Shown here in pieces: positions 49,970-60,022 of a stretch of 64,000 bases of DNA. How positions within the stretch are numbered: the first letter of the stretch is position 1; the number at the start of each line of letters is the position of its first letter. The stretch is from contig OZ220089.1 of NCBI GenBank assembly GCA_964291625.2, positions 3,360,001 through 3,424,000 of the forward strand, in the 5' to 3' direction. This stretch comes from Candidatus Latescibacterota bacterium. Its GTDB lineage: Bacteria > Latescibacterota > UBA2968 > UBA8231. The notes under the pieces were generated by a model, which made no database searches, was not told where the DNA came from, and worked only from the letters and a program-made list of their open reading frames with translations. Both the position numbers and the translations under genes were made by a program.

Positions 49970-52675
49970 ATGGCTGGTCACGCAGTTCGGGTGAGAATGT
50001 GGGGAGCAGGGCCGCGGGTCATGGGCTGCGCCGCGGTCCTGGCGCTGATCCTGGTCTCTTCGCAGGCCGATGCGCAGGGGGCCGACCACCGGCTCACGGG
50101 TGCCCGTGTAGCCGGCAAGCTCACTTTCGAGCCCAGGGGGCCGGGCGTCCTCTTCGGGGCCCTCGACCCGGCGGTGAGGAAGTGGTACGTGCCGCAGGAG
50201 CTGTACCACGAGTACCGGTGGAGGTCGTGGGAGTACACCAACTACGCCAGGGAGATCTACCAGCGCTACGTGGGCACCAACCTGGAGGGCGACTACTTCT
50301 ACGACCTCTACGGCACCTACGTCACCCGCGGCTGGCTGATCTACGACTGGAGCCAGACGCAGCCGCAGCAGGACGGCAGCAACGTCTGGAAGAGCGCCTA
50401 CTACGGGGGCTTCTTCAACAACCTCGTCGTCGCCGCCGACCGCAAGGGGCAGAATCACCTGGCCATCACCATCGGCGACGAGATCCGCACCACCTTGACG
50501 CCCATGACGTTCTCCAAGCCGGCCTTCGACGGCATCCAGATCGACTACCAGTCCAACAAGTACGAGGTCACCGCCCTGCTGTCGCGCATCAGCTCCCCCG
50601 GTTCCGCCGGCCACCGCAACCCCTCCGTGCAGGAGACGACCACGTCGTCGACCCTCACCGGGGGCCGCGCCACCGCCCAGGTGGGCGACTTCGTGAAGGT
50701 GGGCGGCACCTACGCGAGCGCCCACAACTCCACCCAGCTCCTCGACGCCTTCGAGGGGAGCCCCCGCACCGGCTCGATCGTGGGAAGCCAGAACGCGCAG
50801 AACGTCACCCGGGTCCTGGTGCGGCTCTCGGACGATTCCCCGGAGGACGACGAAGGGGGGGTGAACCTCTTCGCCTGGGACGTGGTGATCAAGGCCGACG
50901 TCGAGCAGGTGGGCCCCGACGGCGAGCTGATCGTGGAGAGGGAGGTGGTGCGCGCCAGCGAGGCCGGCCTGATCCCGGCACCCGAGGGGGGGTTCCAGCG
51001 GTTGGGCTACGTCGAGGCCAGCGGCGCCGAGCAGATCGAGCTGATCTACGACTTCACCCTCGCCACCTACCACGGCCCCGACCCCTCGCAGATCCGCGAG
51101 CTCACCTTCGAACTGGCCGTTGCCAACGACTACCGGATCGAGATCACCTCGGACCGGCAGACCGACCGGCAGGGGACCCCCTTCTATCTCCTGGCGGCGC
51201 GGGCCGACGGCAACGTCCAGGACGGCTCCAACCTGAGCCTCCTGCAGATCCCGTACGGCCTGCCCACGGCGACGGAGATCTTCGGCTTCACCCTGGAGGT
51301 GCAGGACCTGGGGGGCTTCAAGCTCTACGGCGAGTGGGACCGGAGCATCAGCCACCGCAAGTACCCCAACCGCGCCCACACCCGCCACCTGGGCTCGGCC
51401 AGCGAAGGCGACGCCTGGATGGTGAACCTGTCGAAGATCGCCTACCCCTGGTTCGCCTTCGGCGAGGCCTACAGCATGGAGCACGACTACAACACGAGCG
51501 CCATCCTGGCCCGCGGCGGGCAGAGCATCGACTACTCCGACAAGGGCCAGTTCTACTACGAGCTGGTGGAGGACAACGACGACCAGGACCGCTTCCCCGA
51601 CTGGCAGCGGATCTTCGACAACGCCGACTTCGAGATCTTCCCGGGGTACGACGAGAACGTCGACTTCGTCTCCGACTTCAACCAGAACTCCACCCGCGAC
51701 CTGCCGAACCTGGTGCCCGACTACGAGGAACCCTTCCTGCGCTTCACCACGGACCGGCCCGAGTTCCTCTTCGGCGTCGACATGAACAACAACCTGTGGG
51801 TCGACCGCTTCGAGAACGACGACGAGCCCGACTTCCCCTACGGGCGGGACCTGCGCGGATACAACGTCTACGGCGGCGTCGACGTGATCCCCAGGGTCCG
51901 GCTCACCCTCGGCCGCACCGACGAGAGCCTCATCGCCGGCGACGGCCGCAACACCACGAACTACCTGCTCTTCACCGTGGAGCAGGACTACGCCGGCCTC
52001 GGCGAGATCCGGTTCTTCGAGAGCTTCCGCGTCGCCGAGGACGACATCGCCGACGACCTGCGCCAGTGGTCGGAGGTCGACCGCGGCAACGTGCCCACCC
52101 TCGATCCCCTGGCGGCGCGGGACACCTGGATCAACTCGACCTTCCTCGGCTTCGACTACACCGGCATCGACGACCTGACCCTGACGACGAAGGCCAAGTA
52201 CGACCGCTGGCACCAGCGGCAGGAGCAGCCGGACCTGCGGGAGGACTCCTACTTCCTCGGCCTGATCAACAAGATCGATCACGAGCGCCAGGTGGCGCAG
52301 GTCATCCTCCAGCCGCGGTTGAAGAACGAGCTGCGCCTGGAGGCCCCGCCCCTGAAGTCCGGCGCCAGGCGCCGCGAGGACACGCTGCTGTTGTCCCTGC
52401 TGGCGCGTTGGCCCCTGCTCGACGCGTCGTCCATGGAGGTGGGCGTGGAGTACACGATCTTCAACCAGTTGCGCGAGTCCGAGACCGCGGTCCGGGAGGG
52501 ACTCCTCGACGACTTCACCGAGGTCGTGGCGGCGGTGCAGTACTCGACCTCCCCCTCTTACCAGGGGTACAAGCTGCACACCAAGTTGGGTCTGCGGCTG
52601 ACGCGGCGAGAGATCGGCGGCGAGACGGAGTCCGGCAAGGTGGCCTTCGCCACCGTGTACGCCGGTCTGCGATAG
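49970..52675 (+). CDS. Large acidic secreted protein, probable outer-membrane beta-barrel with Ca-binding loops
   Basis: Signal peptide; DxDxD/DxNxN loops; alternating beta-strands in the C-terminal third ending VYAGLR; start uncertain. Confidence 0.55.
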   Translation: MAGHAVRVRMWGAGPRVMGCAAVLALILVSSQADAQGADHRLTGARVAGKLTFEPRGPGVLFGALDPAVRKWYVPQELYHEYRWRSWEYTNYAREIYQRYVGTNLEGDYFYDLYGTYVTRGWLIYDWSQTQPQQDGSNVWKSAYYGGFFNNLVVAADRKGQNHLAITIGDEIRTTLTPMTFSKPAFDGIQIDYQSNKYEVTALLSRISSPGSAGHRNPSVQETTTSSTLTGGRATAQVGDFVKVGGTYASAHNSTQLLDAFEGSPRTGSIVGSQNAQNVTRVLVRLSDDSPEDDEGGVNLFAWDVVIKADVEQVGPDGELIVEREVVRASEAGLIPAPEGGFQRLGYVEASGAEQIELIYDFTLATYHGPDPSQIRELTFELAVANDYRIEITSDRQTDRQGTPFYLLAARADGNVQDGSNLSLLQIPYGLPTATEIFGFTLEVQDLGGFKLYGEWDRSISHRKYPNRAHTRHLGSASEGDAWMVNLSKIAYPWFAFGEAYSMEHDYNTSAILARGGQSIDYSDKGQFYYELVEDNDDQDRFPDWQRIFDNADFEIFPGYDENVDFVSDFNQNSTRDLPNLVPDYEEPFLRFTTDRPEFLFGVDMNNNLWVDRFENDDEPDFPYGRDLRGYNVYGGVDVIPRVRLTLGRTDESLIAGDGRNTTNYLLFTVEQDYAGLGEIRFFESFRVAEDDIADDLRQWSEVDRGNVPTLDPLAARDTWINSTFLGFDYTGIDDLTLTTKAKYDRWHQRQEQPDLREDSYFLGLINKIDHERQVAQVILQPRLKNELRLEAPPLKSGARRREDTLLLSLLARWPLLDASSMEVGVEYTIFNQLRESETAVREGLLDDFTEVVAAVQYSTSPSYQGYKLHTKLGLRLTRREIGGETESGKVAFATVYAGLR

Positions 52676-52697
52676 GCAAACAGGAAAGGAGGGTAGA

Positions 52698-54365
52698 ATG
52701 GAGATCGGCCGGGGTCGTCCCCGGGTGGCGGGGCCTCTGTGCGTTCTGGGGGCGGCGGCCATCCTGTGGAGCGGCTGTGCGCGGGAAGAGCGCGGGGTGG
52801 TGGCGGTGGTGGGAGACAAGGCGATCACCGCCCAGGACGTGCGGGACCTCGGGGCCCGCCTGGCCGGGGAGTCGGGCGAGGCCGCTTCGCCGGACCGGGT
52901 GATGGAGCACCTGCAGGCCCTCGTCGACAGGGAGCTGCTGCTGCTGGAGGCGGAGAAGGAGCGCATCGAGGAGAGCCCCTTCTACGTGCGCCGCATGGGA
53001 CGCCTGCGGCGGGACAAGCTCGTGGGCACCCTCGAGGCCCGCACTCTCGCCGTCACCGTCGGCGACGACGAGGTGGGCCGCTACATCCGGGAACAGGGTT
53101 ACGACCGCGCCATCCAGACGGCGGACATCATGGTCCCGGACCTGGAAACGGCGGAGCACGTCCTGGAGCTGATCGAGCAGGGGGCCGACTTCGCCGACGC
53201 CGCCCGCAGGTGGTCGGCCAACCGGGAGACCGCTCCCCAGGGAGGGGACATGGGCCGGTTCGTGACTCGGCACCAGATGGTCCCGGCTCTCGGCGAGAAG
53301 CTCTTCACCCTGCCCGTGGGGGCGATCTCGCCTCCGGTTCAGGTAGGCCGGTGGCATTCGATCTTCAAGGTCCTGGCCGAGTCCTCCATCGAGCTGACGC
53401 CGCAGCAGCGGCAGGCGGTGACGGCGGAACTGGAGCGCCGGAAGCTGCAGGCGGCGAGGGACTCCCTGGTGGCCGTCCTGCGGCGGGAGTACCGCCTGGA
53501 GCGGGATGCAGAAGGCCTGGCCGCCTTCGTCGAAGCCCTGGGCGGCGGCGACGAGCCCGCCCCCGACCTGGTACTCTACCGCTACGACGGCGGCGAGATC
53601 GAGGCCGCCGAGGTCGTCGAGAAGGCCCGGAGCATCCGGGGCGACATCCTGGCTGACGTCGTCGACGCCGGGGGACTGACGGCCGTCGTCGATCGCTGGG
53701 TCGTGCCCGAGGTGGTGCTGGTGGAGGCCGCCCGGCGCGAGGGGATCGACGCCGAGGAGGAGATCGTCCGGTGGCTGGCGGAGATGGAGCAGCAGACGCT
53801 GATCACCGGACTCCGGGGACAGGTCCTGCAGCAGCGGGCCAACGTCACCGACGACGAGGTGCGCGAGTACTTCGAGGCCAACCGCGGCGAGTTCCTGCAC
53901 CCGGAGCAGATCGAGCTGGAGGAGATCCTGGTGGAGTCCGAGTCCGAGGCGGCGGAGCTGCGGCGCCGGATCGAGGCGGGCGCCGACTTCGGGGCCCTGG
54001 CGCGGTCGCGCTCGCTGCGCTCGCCGGAGATCCGCGACGAGAGCGGGCGGTTCCACATGCACCGGTACGAGTCGCCGAGGTTCGGCGGTCTCGTGGAAGC
54101 CGTTGTCGACGCCGAGGCCGGCGAGTTGACCGGACCGGTGGAAGTGGAGGAGGGCTTCACCCTCTTCCGCATCCTGTCGCGGGAGCGGCGCCAGGAGACC
54201 TGGGAGGAAGCCAGGGCGCGGGCCACCTCCAAGCTGCGGCGCCAGCGGCAGCGCCAGGCCTTCAACGACTACATGCGGGAACTGCGGGAACGCTACGACT
54301 CGCAGGTCGAGATCCGCCGCGGCGCCCTCGAGGCGGCCTTCGGGGCGGCCCCTCAGTCGGGCTGA
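52698..54365 (+). CDS. Lipoprotein peptidyl-prolyl isomerase with two parvulin domains (SurA/PrsA-like)
   Basis: WSGC lipobox; GADFADAARRWS...GGDMG and GADFGALARSRS motifs. Confidence 0.85.
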   Translation: MEIGRGRPRVAGPLCVLGAAAILWSGCAREERGVVAVVGDKAITAQDVRDLGARLAGESGEAASPDRVMEHLQALVDRELLLLEAEKERIEESPFYVRRMGRLRRDKLVGTLEARTLAVTVGDDEVGRYIREQGYDRAIQTADIMVPDLETAEHVLELIEQGADFADAARRWSANRETAPQGGDMGRFVTRHQMVPALGEKLFTLPVGAISPPVQVGRWHSIFKVLAESSIELTPQQRQAVTAELERRKLQAARDSLVAVLRREYRLERDAEGLAAFVEALGGGDEPAPDLVLYRYDGGEIEAAEVVEKARSIRGDILADVVDAGGLTAVVDRWVVPEVVLVEAARREGIDAEEEIVRWLAEMEQQTLITGLRGQVLQQRANVTDDEVREYFEANRGEFLHPEQIELEEILVESESEAAELRRRIEAGADFGALARSRSLRSPEIRDESGRFHMHRYESPRFGGLVEAVVDAEAGELTGPVEVEEGFTLFRILSRERRQETWEEARARATSKLRRQRQRQAFNDYMRELRERYDSQVEIRRGALEAAFGAAPQSG

Positions 54366-56056
54366 GCGCCGCTGCCCTCGCGGACCACGAGGACCTGGTT
54401 CGCCTCCAGGCCGTGCCAGGTCTCGACGAGCCCGTTGGGCCAGGTGACGCGCACCTCGTCGACGCCGGCGGCCTCGCCGAGGCCGAAGTGCAGGCGAGGG
54501 TCGCTGCTCGACAGGTAGCTCGACCCGCTGGCCACCTCCCGAACCTGGATCCGCTCCCCGCAGCGGACTCCCACCCGGGCGCCGACGCCGTCCCGGTTGC
54601 TCGCCGTGCCGACGGTGCGCACCTGCAGCCAGTTGGCCCGGTTGCCGCCGTCGTTGCGCAGCAGCGTCGGCGCCTCGTTCAGGTTGAGGACGAGGATGTC
54701 CACGTCGCCGTCGTCGTCGTAGTCGCCGAAGGCGGCTCCCCGGCTCACCTTCTCGATCCGAAGGCCGGGTCCGGCGGCCAGGGAGACCTCGTTGAAGGTG
54801 CCGTCGCCCAGGCTCTCGAAGAGCTGGTTCCGCTGGGCATAGGCCACCCCCAGGTTGGCCCTGTCCACCTGGGGGAAGATGTGGCCGTTGGCGACGAAGA
54901 GATCCTGGTCGCCGTCGTTGTCGTAGTCGAAGAACCCGGTCCCCCACGCCAGGAAGGGGAAGCTCTCGAGGCCGACCCGCGCCGCGAAGGTGACGTCCGA
55001 GAAGACCTCGCCGCCGCCGTCGTTGCGGTAGAGGGTGTTGGTCTCCTCCCAGAAGTTGGTCACCAGGATGTCGGCGTCCTCGTCGTTGTCGTAGTCGCCC
55101 AGGGCGATGCCCATCGACCCCTGGGCCTCCCCGGACTCGCCGTAGGCGACACCCGCCATCCAGCCCAGCTCCTCGAAGGTGCCGTCGCCCTGGTTCCGGT
55201 AGAGGTAGTTGGGGCCCGTGTCGTTGGCCACGTACAGGTCGGCATGGCCGTCGTCGTCGAGGTCGCCGGCGACGACGCCGAGCCCGTAGAGCCGTTCCTC
55301 GTCGACCACGTTGGCCGCCGCGGTGGCATCGGTGAAGAGGCCGTCCCCCTCGTTGCGGTAGAAGACGTCCGGCTCGCCCCGCAGCCCCCGCGGCCCGAAG
55401 TGGACGGTCAGGCCGCGCCAGGTGTGGCGCCGCTCCGGCGTCGTCGCCAGGAAGTGGCGGAAGTCGACGTAGTTGGCCACGTAGAGGTCGAGATCCCCGT
55501 CGCGGTCGGAGTCGAAGAAGGCGCAGCCGGTGCCGAAGCCCTCGTCGCCGACGCCGGCGCGGGCCGTGACGTCGGCGAAGCCCCCGCCCTCGTTCCGGTA
55601 GAGGACGTTGCGGCCGTAGTTGGTGATGTAGATGTCCGGATCGCCGTCGTTGTCGTGGTCGGCGACGGCGACGCCCATCCCCCAGCCCGGGTCCCCGAGA
55701 CCGGCGGCTTCGGTGGCGTCGGCGAAGGCGGCCCGGTCGTTGCGGTAGAGGGCGTTGCGCGGGCCCCCGCCGTCGGGGAACCCGCCGATGCGCGAGCCGT
55801 TGAGGACGTAGAGGTCGAGATCGCCGTCGCTGTCGTGGTCGACGAAGGCGACGCCGCCCATCATCGTGTCGACGAGGTACTCCTGCTCCTCCTCGCCGGA
55901 GACGTTGAGGAGGGTGACGCCCACGTCGGCGGCCACATCCGTGAACTGCACGGGGGCCGCCGCGGTCTCGGCGGCGGTCGCGGCAGCCCCGGGCCCTAGG
56001 GCCGGCAGCAGCACCAGGGGCAGGAAGGTCCTCCGGAGGGACCCGCAGCCGCTCAC
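54353..56056 (-). CDS. CRTAC1-family protein (FG-GAP repeats plus ASPIC/UnbV)
   Basis: Multiple DxDxDGDxDL repeats; GSSYLSSSDPRLHFGLG. Confidence 0.92.
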   Translation of the reverse strand: MSGCGSLRRTFLPLVLLPALGPGAAATAAETAAAPVQFTDVAADVGVTLLNVSGEEEQEYLVDTMMGGVAFVDHDSDGDLDLYVLNGSRIGGFPDGGGPRNALYRNDRAAFADATEAAGLGDPGWGMGVAVADHDNDGDPDIYITNYGRNVLYRNEGGGFADVTARAGVGDEGFGTGCAFFDSDRDGDLDLYVANYVDFRHFLATTPERRHTWRGLTVHFGPRGLRGEPDVFYRNEGDGLFTDATAAANVVDEERLYGLGVVAGDLDDDGHADLYVANDTGPNYLYRNQGDGTFEELGWMAGVAYGESGEAQGSMGIALGDYDNDEDADILVTNFWEETNTLYRNDGGGEVFSDVTFAARVGLESFPFLAWGTGFFDYDNDGDQDLFVANGHIFPQVDRANLGVAYAQRNQLFESLGDGTFNEVSLAAGPGLRIEKVSRGAAFGDYDDDGDVDILVLNLNEAPTLLRNDGGNRANWLQVRTVGTASNRDGVGARVGVRCGERIQVREVASGSSYLSSSDPRLHFGLGEAAGVDEVRVTWPNGLVETWHGLEANQVLVVREGSGAQPD

Positions 56057-57576
56057 GGACTGCGCTCGGCCAGTCTCCTGGCGATGGCGAGCTGCCTGCG
56101 GGCGTCCTCGTAGCGGCCCACCTTCCTGTAGGTCTCCCCGAGGTCGCGGTGATAGCGGGCGTTCGTCGGCTCCAGGGCGATGGCGAGCTTGTGCTCGTGG
56201 ATCGCCTGCAGGTGCCGGCCCCGCCGGGAGTACTGCACGGCCAGCTCGGCGTGGAACTTCGGGTTGTCCGGAGACATGGAGACGCTGCGCTCGAGATCGT
56301 CGAGGCTCTCCCGGCTCTGCTCGCGGAAGACGGCCATCGCCTGCCGGCTCTCCTCGCGCCGGCCTTGTTGCATCAAGGCCCTGGCCAGACCGTAGTGGGC
56401 CTCCGTGTTGTAGGGGTCGAGGTCGATGGCCCTGCGGAACTCCGGGATCGCCAGACCGTGGCTGTCGGCGCGGGCATGGGCGGCGCCCAGGGCGTAGCGG
56501 AAGAGGGAGCTCTCCGGCTCGAGCCGGACCGCCTGCCGCAGCTGGGCGATGCCCTCCTCGTGCCGCGCCTCCCGGGAGTAGATGCCGCCCAGACGAAAGC
56601 GTGTGTACGCCAGGTCCGGGTCGACGGCCAGGGCCCGCTCGTACTGGGCCGCCGCCTGGCCGTACTCCCGCTGCCGCTCGTAGGCCATGCCGAGGCTGTG
56701 CTGAAAGCCGCCGTGGCCGGGGGCCAGCTCGGCCGCCCTGCGATGGGCCGCGACGGAGGCGGCGAGCAGGTCCTGGTCCGCCATCGCCGTCCCCAGCGGG
56801 GCGTGGGCCTGCTCGGCGTAGACCCGGCCCAGCTGGTGGTGGACGGCGGCCCTCCGCGGGTCGAGGCGGAGGCTCGCCTGCAGGGCCTCCGCCGCCTCCG
56901 ACAGCTTCCCCACGGCCATCCGCGCCGTGGCGAGGAGGTAGTGCACGGAGGGCTCCTCGGGAATCAGCCCGGCCGCCCTCTGCAGGGCGGCGATCGCCTT
57001 TCCGTACTCCTGCTCTTCCAGGTAGATGCCGCCGAGGCGGTAGAGGGAGGGGGGGTAGTTCGGGTTGATGCGGTGGGCGGTCTCGAAGTGGCGCAACGCC
57101 GCCGCGCGGTCGCCGCGCGCGTGGATCATGCCGAGGCCGTGATGGGCGAGGTAGTAGCCCGGGTCGGCGGCGATCGCCTTCCGGAAGGCCTCCTCGGCCC
57201 GGGCCGGGTCCTGACGGATCAGGAACAGCTTGCCGAGCTTGTAGAGGGACGGGACGTGACCGGCATCGAGGCTCAGGGCCCGCTCCAGGGCCCGCCGGGC
57301 CTCGGGGAAGCGGCGCTGCAGGGAGTAGACGAAGCCGAGGCCGTCGAGGGCCCGGACATGGGTGGAGTCCAGCGCCACGGCCTTCCGGTAGCTCACCTCG
57401 GCGCAGGCGTAGTCGCCGCCGCCGGCGCAGCGCCGGCCGTGCTGGTAGAGGGACTCGGCGCTGCCCGGCTCCGGCGCCTCCTGGGCCGCGAGGCGGGGCG
57501 TCGCCCCGGCGAGGACGGCGGCGCAGGCGTAGACGGCCGCGTGCCGCGGGCGGAACAGGCGCAGGCCGGGGTTCAC
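56053..57576 (-). CDS. Secreted tetratricopeptide-repeat protein
   Basis: GTG start 57576; tandem TPR motifs (AHHGLG...A..LDP); 4-nt overlap with the CRTAC1 gene. Confidence 0.88.
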   Translation of the reverse strand: MNPGLRLFRPRHAAVYACAAVLAGATPRLAAQEAPEPGSAESLYQHGRRCAGGGDYACAEVSYRKAVALDSTHVRALDGLGFVYSLQRRFPEARRALERALSLDAGHVPSLYKLGKLFLIRQDPARAEEAFRKAIAADPGYYLAHHGLGMIHARGDRAAALRHFETAHRINPNYPPSLYRLGGIYLEEQEYGKAIAALQRAAGLIPEEPSVHYLLATARMAVGKLSEAAEALQASLRLDPRRAAVHHQLGRVYAEQAHAPLGTAMADQDLLAASVAAHRRAAELAPGHGGFQHSLGMAYERQREYGQAAAQYERALAVDPDLAYTRFRLGGIYSREARHEEGIAQLRQAVRLEPESSLFRYALGAAHARADSHGLAIPEFRRAIDLDPYNTEAHYGLARALMQQGRREESRQAMAVFREQSRESLDDLERSVSMSPDNPKFHAELAVQYSRRGRHLQAIHEHKLAIALEPTNARYHRDLGETYRKVGRYEDARRQLAIARRLAERSP

Positions 57577-57904
57577 GCCGCCCGCACCGGCACCCGGTGG
57601 ATGATGCGGCCCGGGCAGCCCTCGAGGGTCCTCCCGGCGGACCAGCCTCCGGGCCGGCATCGCCGACTTCGATTCGTCTTGCACCAGGCTCCTTGGGACG
57701 GTGGTGTGTAGTGTACGGGCACGGTTACCATATGGGCCGAGCCGGACTCTCGGGGTCCGGTAAGGCACAGGGCATGGCATCTCTCGGGGCAGCGGCCCTG
57801 CACCATCTTCGCGGAATCTACGATAAGGAAGCCGGCCCTCACGAGCTTGTCCCTGTGACCGAAGACCGGCCGGGCGGAGTCCCGTTGAGGACCATGGATA
57901 CCCG

Positions 57905-59869
57905 ATGACGTCACCTCCGCGGAGGGACCGTGGGCAGGCGCGGGACCTTCGGGGGGTCCCGGTGCGGGGTCTCCTCATCGGGGCCGTGCTGTCCCTGGTG
58001 CTCAACGTCTGCGACACCTACGCGACGAACGCGATCCAGGGGTCGTACCTGACCCTCAACTTCAGCACCCCCGCCGCCCTCTTCTTCTTCTTCTTCCTCG
58101 TCCTGGCCAGCGGCGCCGTCGGCCTCCTGCACCGGTGGCTGGAGCTGACCCGGGCCGAGCTGATCACGATCTACGTCATGCTGCTGGTGGCCTGCTGCAT
58201 TCCGGGCATGGGCTTCACCCAGTTCATCATCCCCTGCCTGCTCGGCTCGACGTACTACGCCACGCCGGAGAACAACTGGGACGAGCTCTACAACCAGTAC
58301 ATCCCCGAGTGGATGATCCCCCGGGGGCCGAACGTGGCCCGCTACTTCTTCGAGGGGCTGCCCGAGGGCGGCTCGATTCCGTGGGGCGCCTGGGTGGTGC
58401 CCCTGGGCCTGTGGTTCGGCTTCTTCCTGGCCCTCGGCTTTGCCATGATCTGCGCCATGGTCATCCTGCGCCGGCAGTGGGTCGACCACGAGCGGCTCAC
58501 CTACGCGCTGGTGCAGGTGCCGATGGAGATGATCCAGCGGGAGGAAGGCGGCGCCGTGGGCCGCGCCTTCTTCACCAACAAGACGATGTGGCTGGGCTTC
58601 GCCGTCTCCTTTCTGCTGCTGAGCGTCAACGGGCTCCACTCCTACTTTCCGGAGATCCCCCGCCTCGAGCGCATCGCCGTGCTGCCCGCCTTCGGCAACA
58701 CCTGGTTCCTCTTCTGGTTCAGCCCGCCGTGGACGGGGTTCTTCTACTTCGTCAGCCTCGACATCTCGGCCTCGATCTGGGTCTTCTACCTCCTCGTCCG
58801 GCTGCAGCGGGGGGTCCTGAACGTCCTCGGCGTGCACAGCACGCAGCGGATCGACTTCTACTCCGGGACGGACCCCATCCTCGCCCACCAGGGTCTCGGG
58901 GCGGTGATCGTCTTCGTCCTCGTCGGTCTGTGGGTGGCGCGCCGGCACCTGCGCCAGGTGGCGGCCAAGGCCCTGCGCGGGGCCCGCGAGGTCGACGACA
59001 GCAACGAGATCCTCACCTACCGGCAGGCTTTCTTCGGGTTGATCGCCGGCCTGCTGATCGTCGCCGCCTGGCTGTCGGCGATCGGCCTTCCCTTCGCGGT
59101 GGCCCTGCTCTTCGTCTTCGGCGCCATGGTCCTCTTCCTGGCTCTCACGCGGGTCGTGGCCGAGGGCGGCATCCCGGCGATGCGTCCCCCCCTGATGACC
59201 TCGACCTTCGTGATCTCCACGGTGGGCACCTCGGCCATCGGCGCCCAGGGCCTGGTGGCCCTCGGCTTCTCCTACGGCTGGCACTCCGAGATCCGCTCCT
59301 TCGTCATGTCCTCGGTCGCCAACGGCCTCAAGATGAGCGAGCTGATCCGCGGCCCGAAACGCCGCCTGTTCTGGGCCATCGTCGTCGCCATCCTCGTCAG
59401 CCTGGCGGGTTCCTCCTACGTCACCCTGGTCATGGCCTACGAGCACGGCGGCATCAACCTCAACCCCCTGTTCTTCTCATGGCAGTCGACCCACTTCGGA
59501 CCCAGGGACATGGCCCCGCGCATCGCGGGCGCGCCCGAAGGCCCGCGCTGGGACGCCGTGCAGTACATGCTCATCGGGGGAGGGGTGATGTCGGCCCTCA
59601 TGTGGGTGCGCCACCACTTCGTGTGGTGGCCGCTGAACCCCCTGGGGTTCACGATCGCCGCCAACTGGAAGACCGACCACATCTTCTGCAGCGCCCTGAT
59701 CGCCTGGTGCCTGAAGCTGCTGATCCTGCGCTACGGCGGGGTGCGCCTCTACCGCAGCCTGCGGCCCTTCTTCCTGGGCCTGATCCTCGGCGAGATCGTC
59801 GGCGCCGGCGTGTTCCTGGTGATCGACTACCTCACCGGCACCACGGGCAGCTTCCTGACACAGATCTGA
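57905..59869 (+). CDS. DUF6785/DUF6784-like polytopic membrane protein, copy 2
   Basis: Near-identical to 39950-41911 along its whole length. Confidence 0.75.
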   Translation: MTSPPRRDRGQARDLRGVPVRGLLIGAVLSLVLNVCDTYATNAIQGSYLTLNFSTPAALFFFFFLVLASGAVGLLHRWLELTRAELITIYVMLLVACCIPGMGFTQFIIPCLLGSTYYATPENNWDELYNQYIPEWMIPRGPNVARYFFEGLPEGGSIPWGAWVVPLGLWFGFFLALGFAMICAMVILRRQWVDHERLTYALVQVPMEMIQREEGGAVGRAFFTNKTMWLGFAVSFLLLSVNGLHSYFPEIPRLERIAVLPAFGNTWFLFWFSPPWTGFFYFVSLDISASIWVFYLLVRLQRGVLNVLGVHSTQRIDFYSGTDPILAHQGLGAVIVFVLVGLWVARRHLRQVAAKALRGAREVDDSNEILTYRQAFFGLIAGLLIVAAWLSAIGLPFAVALLFVFGAMVLFLALTRVVAEGGIPAMRPPLMTSTFVISTVGTSAIGAQGLVALGFSYGWHSEIRSFVMSSVANGLKMSELIRGPKRRLFWAIVVAILVSLAGSSYVTLVMAYEHGGINLNPLFFSWQSTHFGPRDMAPRIAGAPEGPRWDAVQYMLIGGGVMSALMWVRHHFVWWPLNPLGFTIAANWKTDHIFCSALIAWCLKLLILRYGGVRLYRSLRPFFLGLILGEIVGAGVFLVIDYLTGTTGSFLTQI

Positions 59870-60022
59870 AGGCGGGCGCCCGGGTCAGGACGGGTTCGCC
59901 GGCAAGGCAACGCCGGGCCGTCCGGGACTCGCTTGTGGCCGCCGGCGGGACGGGGTCCCGGGAGAGGAGGGTACTGGCGAAGGGGGCCGCACGCCGCCGG
60001 CGGGACGGGCGCGGGCCGGGGG

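Larger units (their letters stand above)
39946..59871 (+). repeat. ~1.96 kb direct repeat pair (39950-41911 and 57905-59869), offset 17,955 bp
   Basis: DNA similarity starts at CCCGATGACG and ends at CAGATCTGAAGG; flanks are unrelated. Confidence 0.9.

Noticed and set aside
54600-55860. Recurring GTCGTCGTTGTCGTAGTC-like DNA repeats as CRISPR or tandem array
   Set aside because: They encode the FG-GAP DxDxDG motifs of the CRTAC1 protein; degenerate and irregularly spaced
39950-59869. Composite transposon interpretation of the 2-kb direct repeats
   Set aside because: The repeats are membrane-protein genes; no transposase, terminal inverted repeats or target duplication seen
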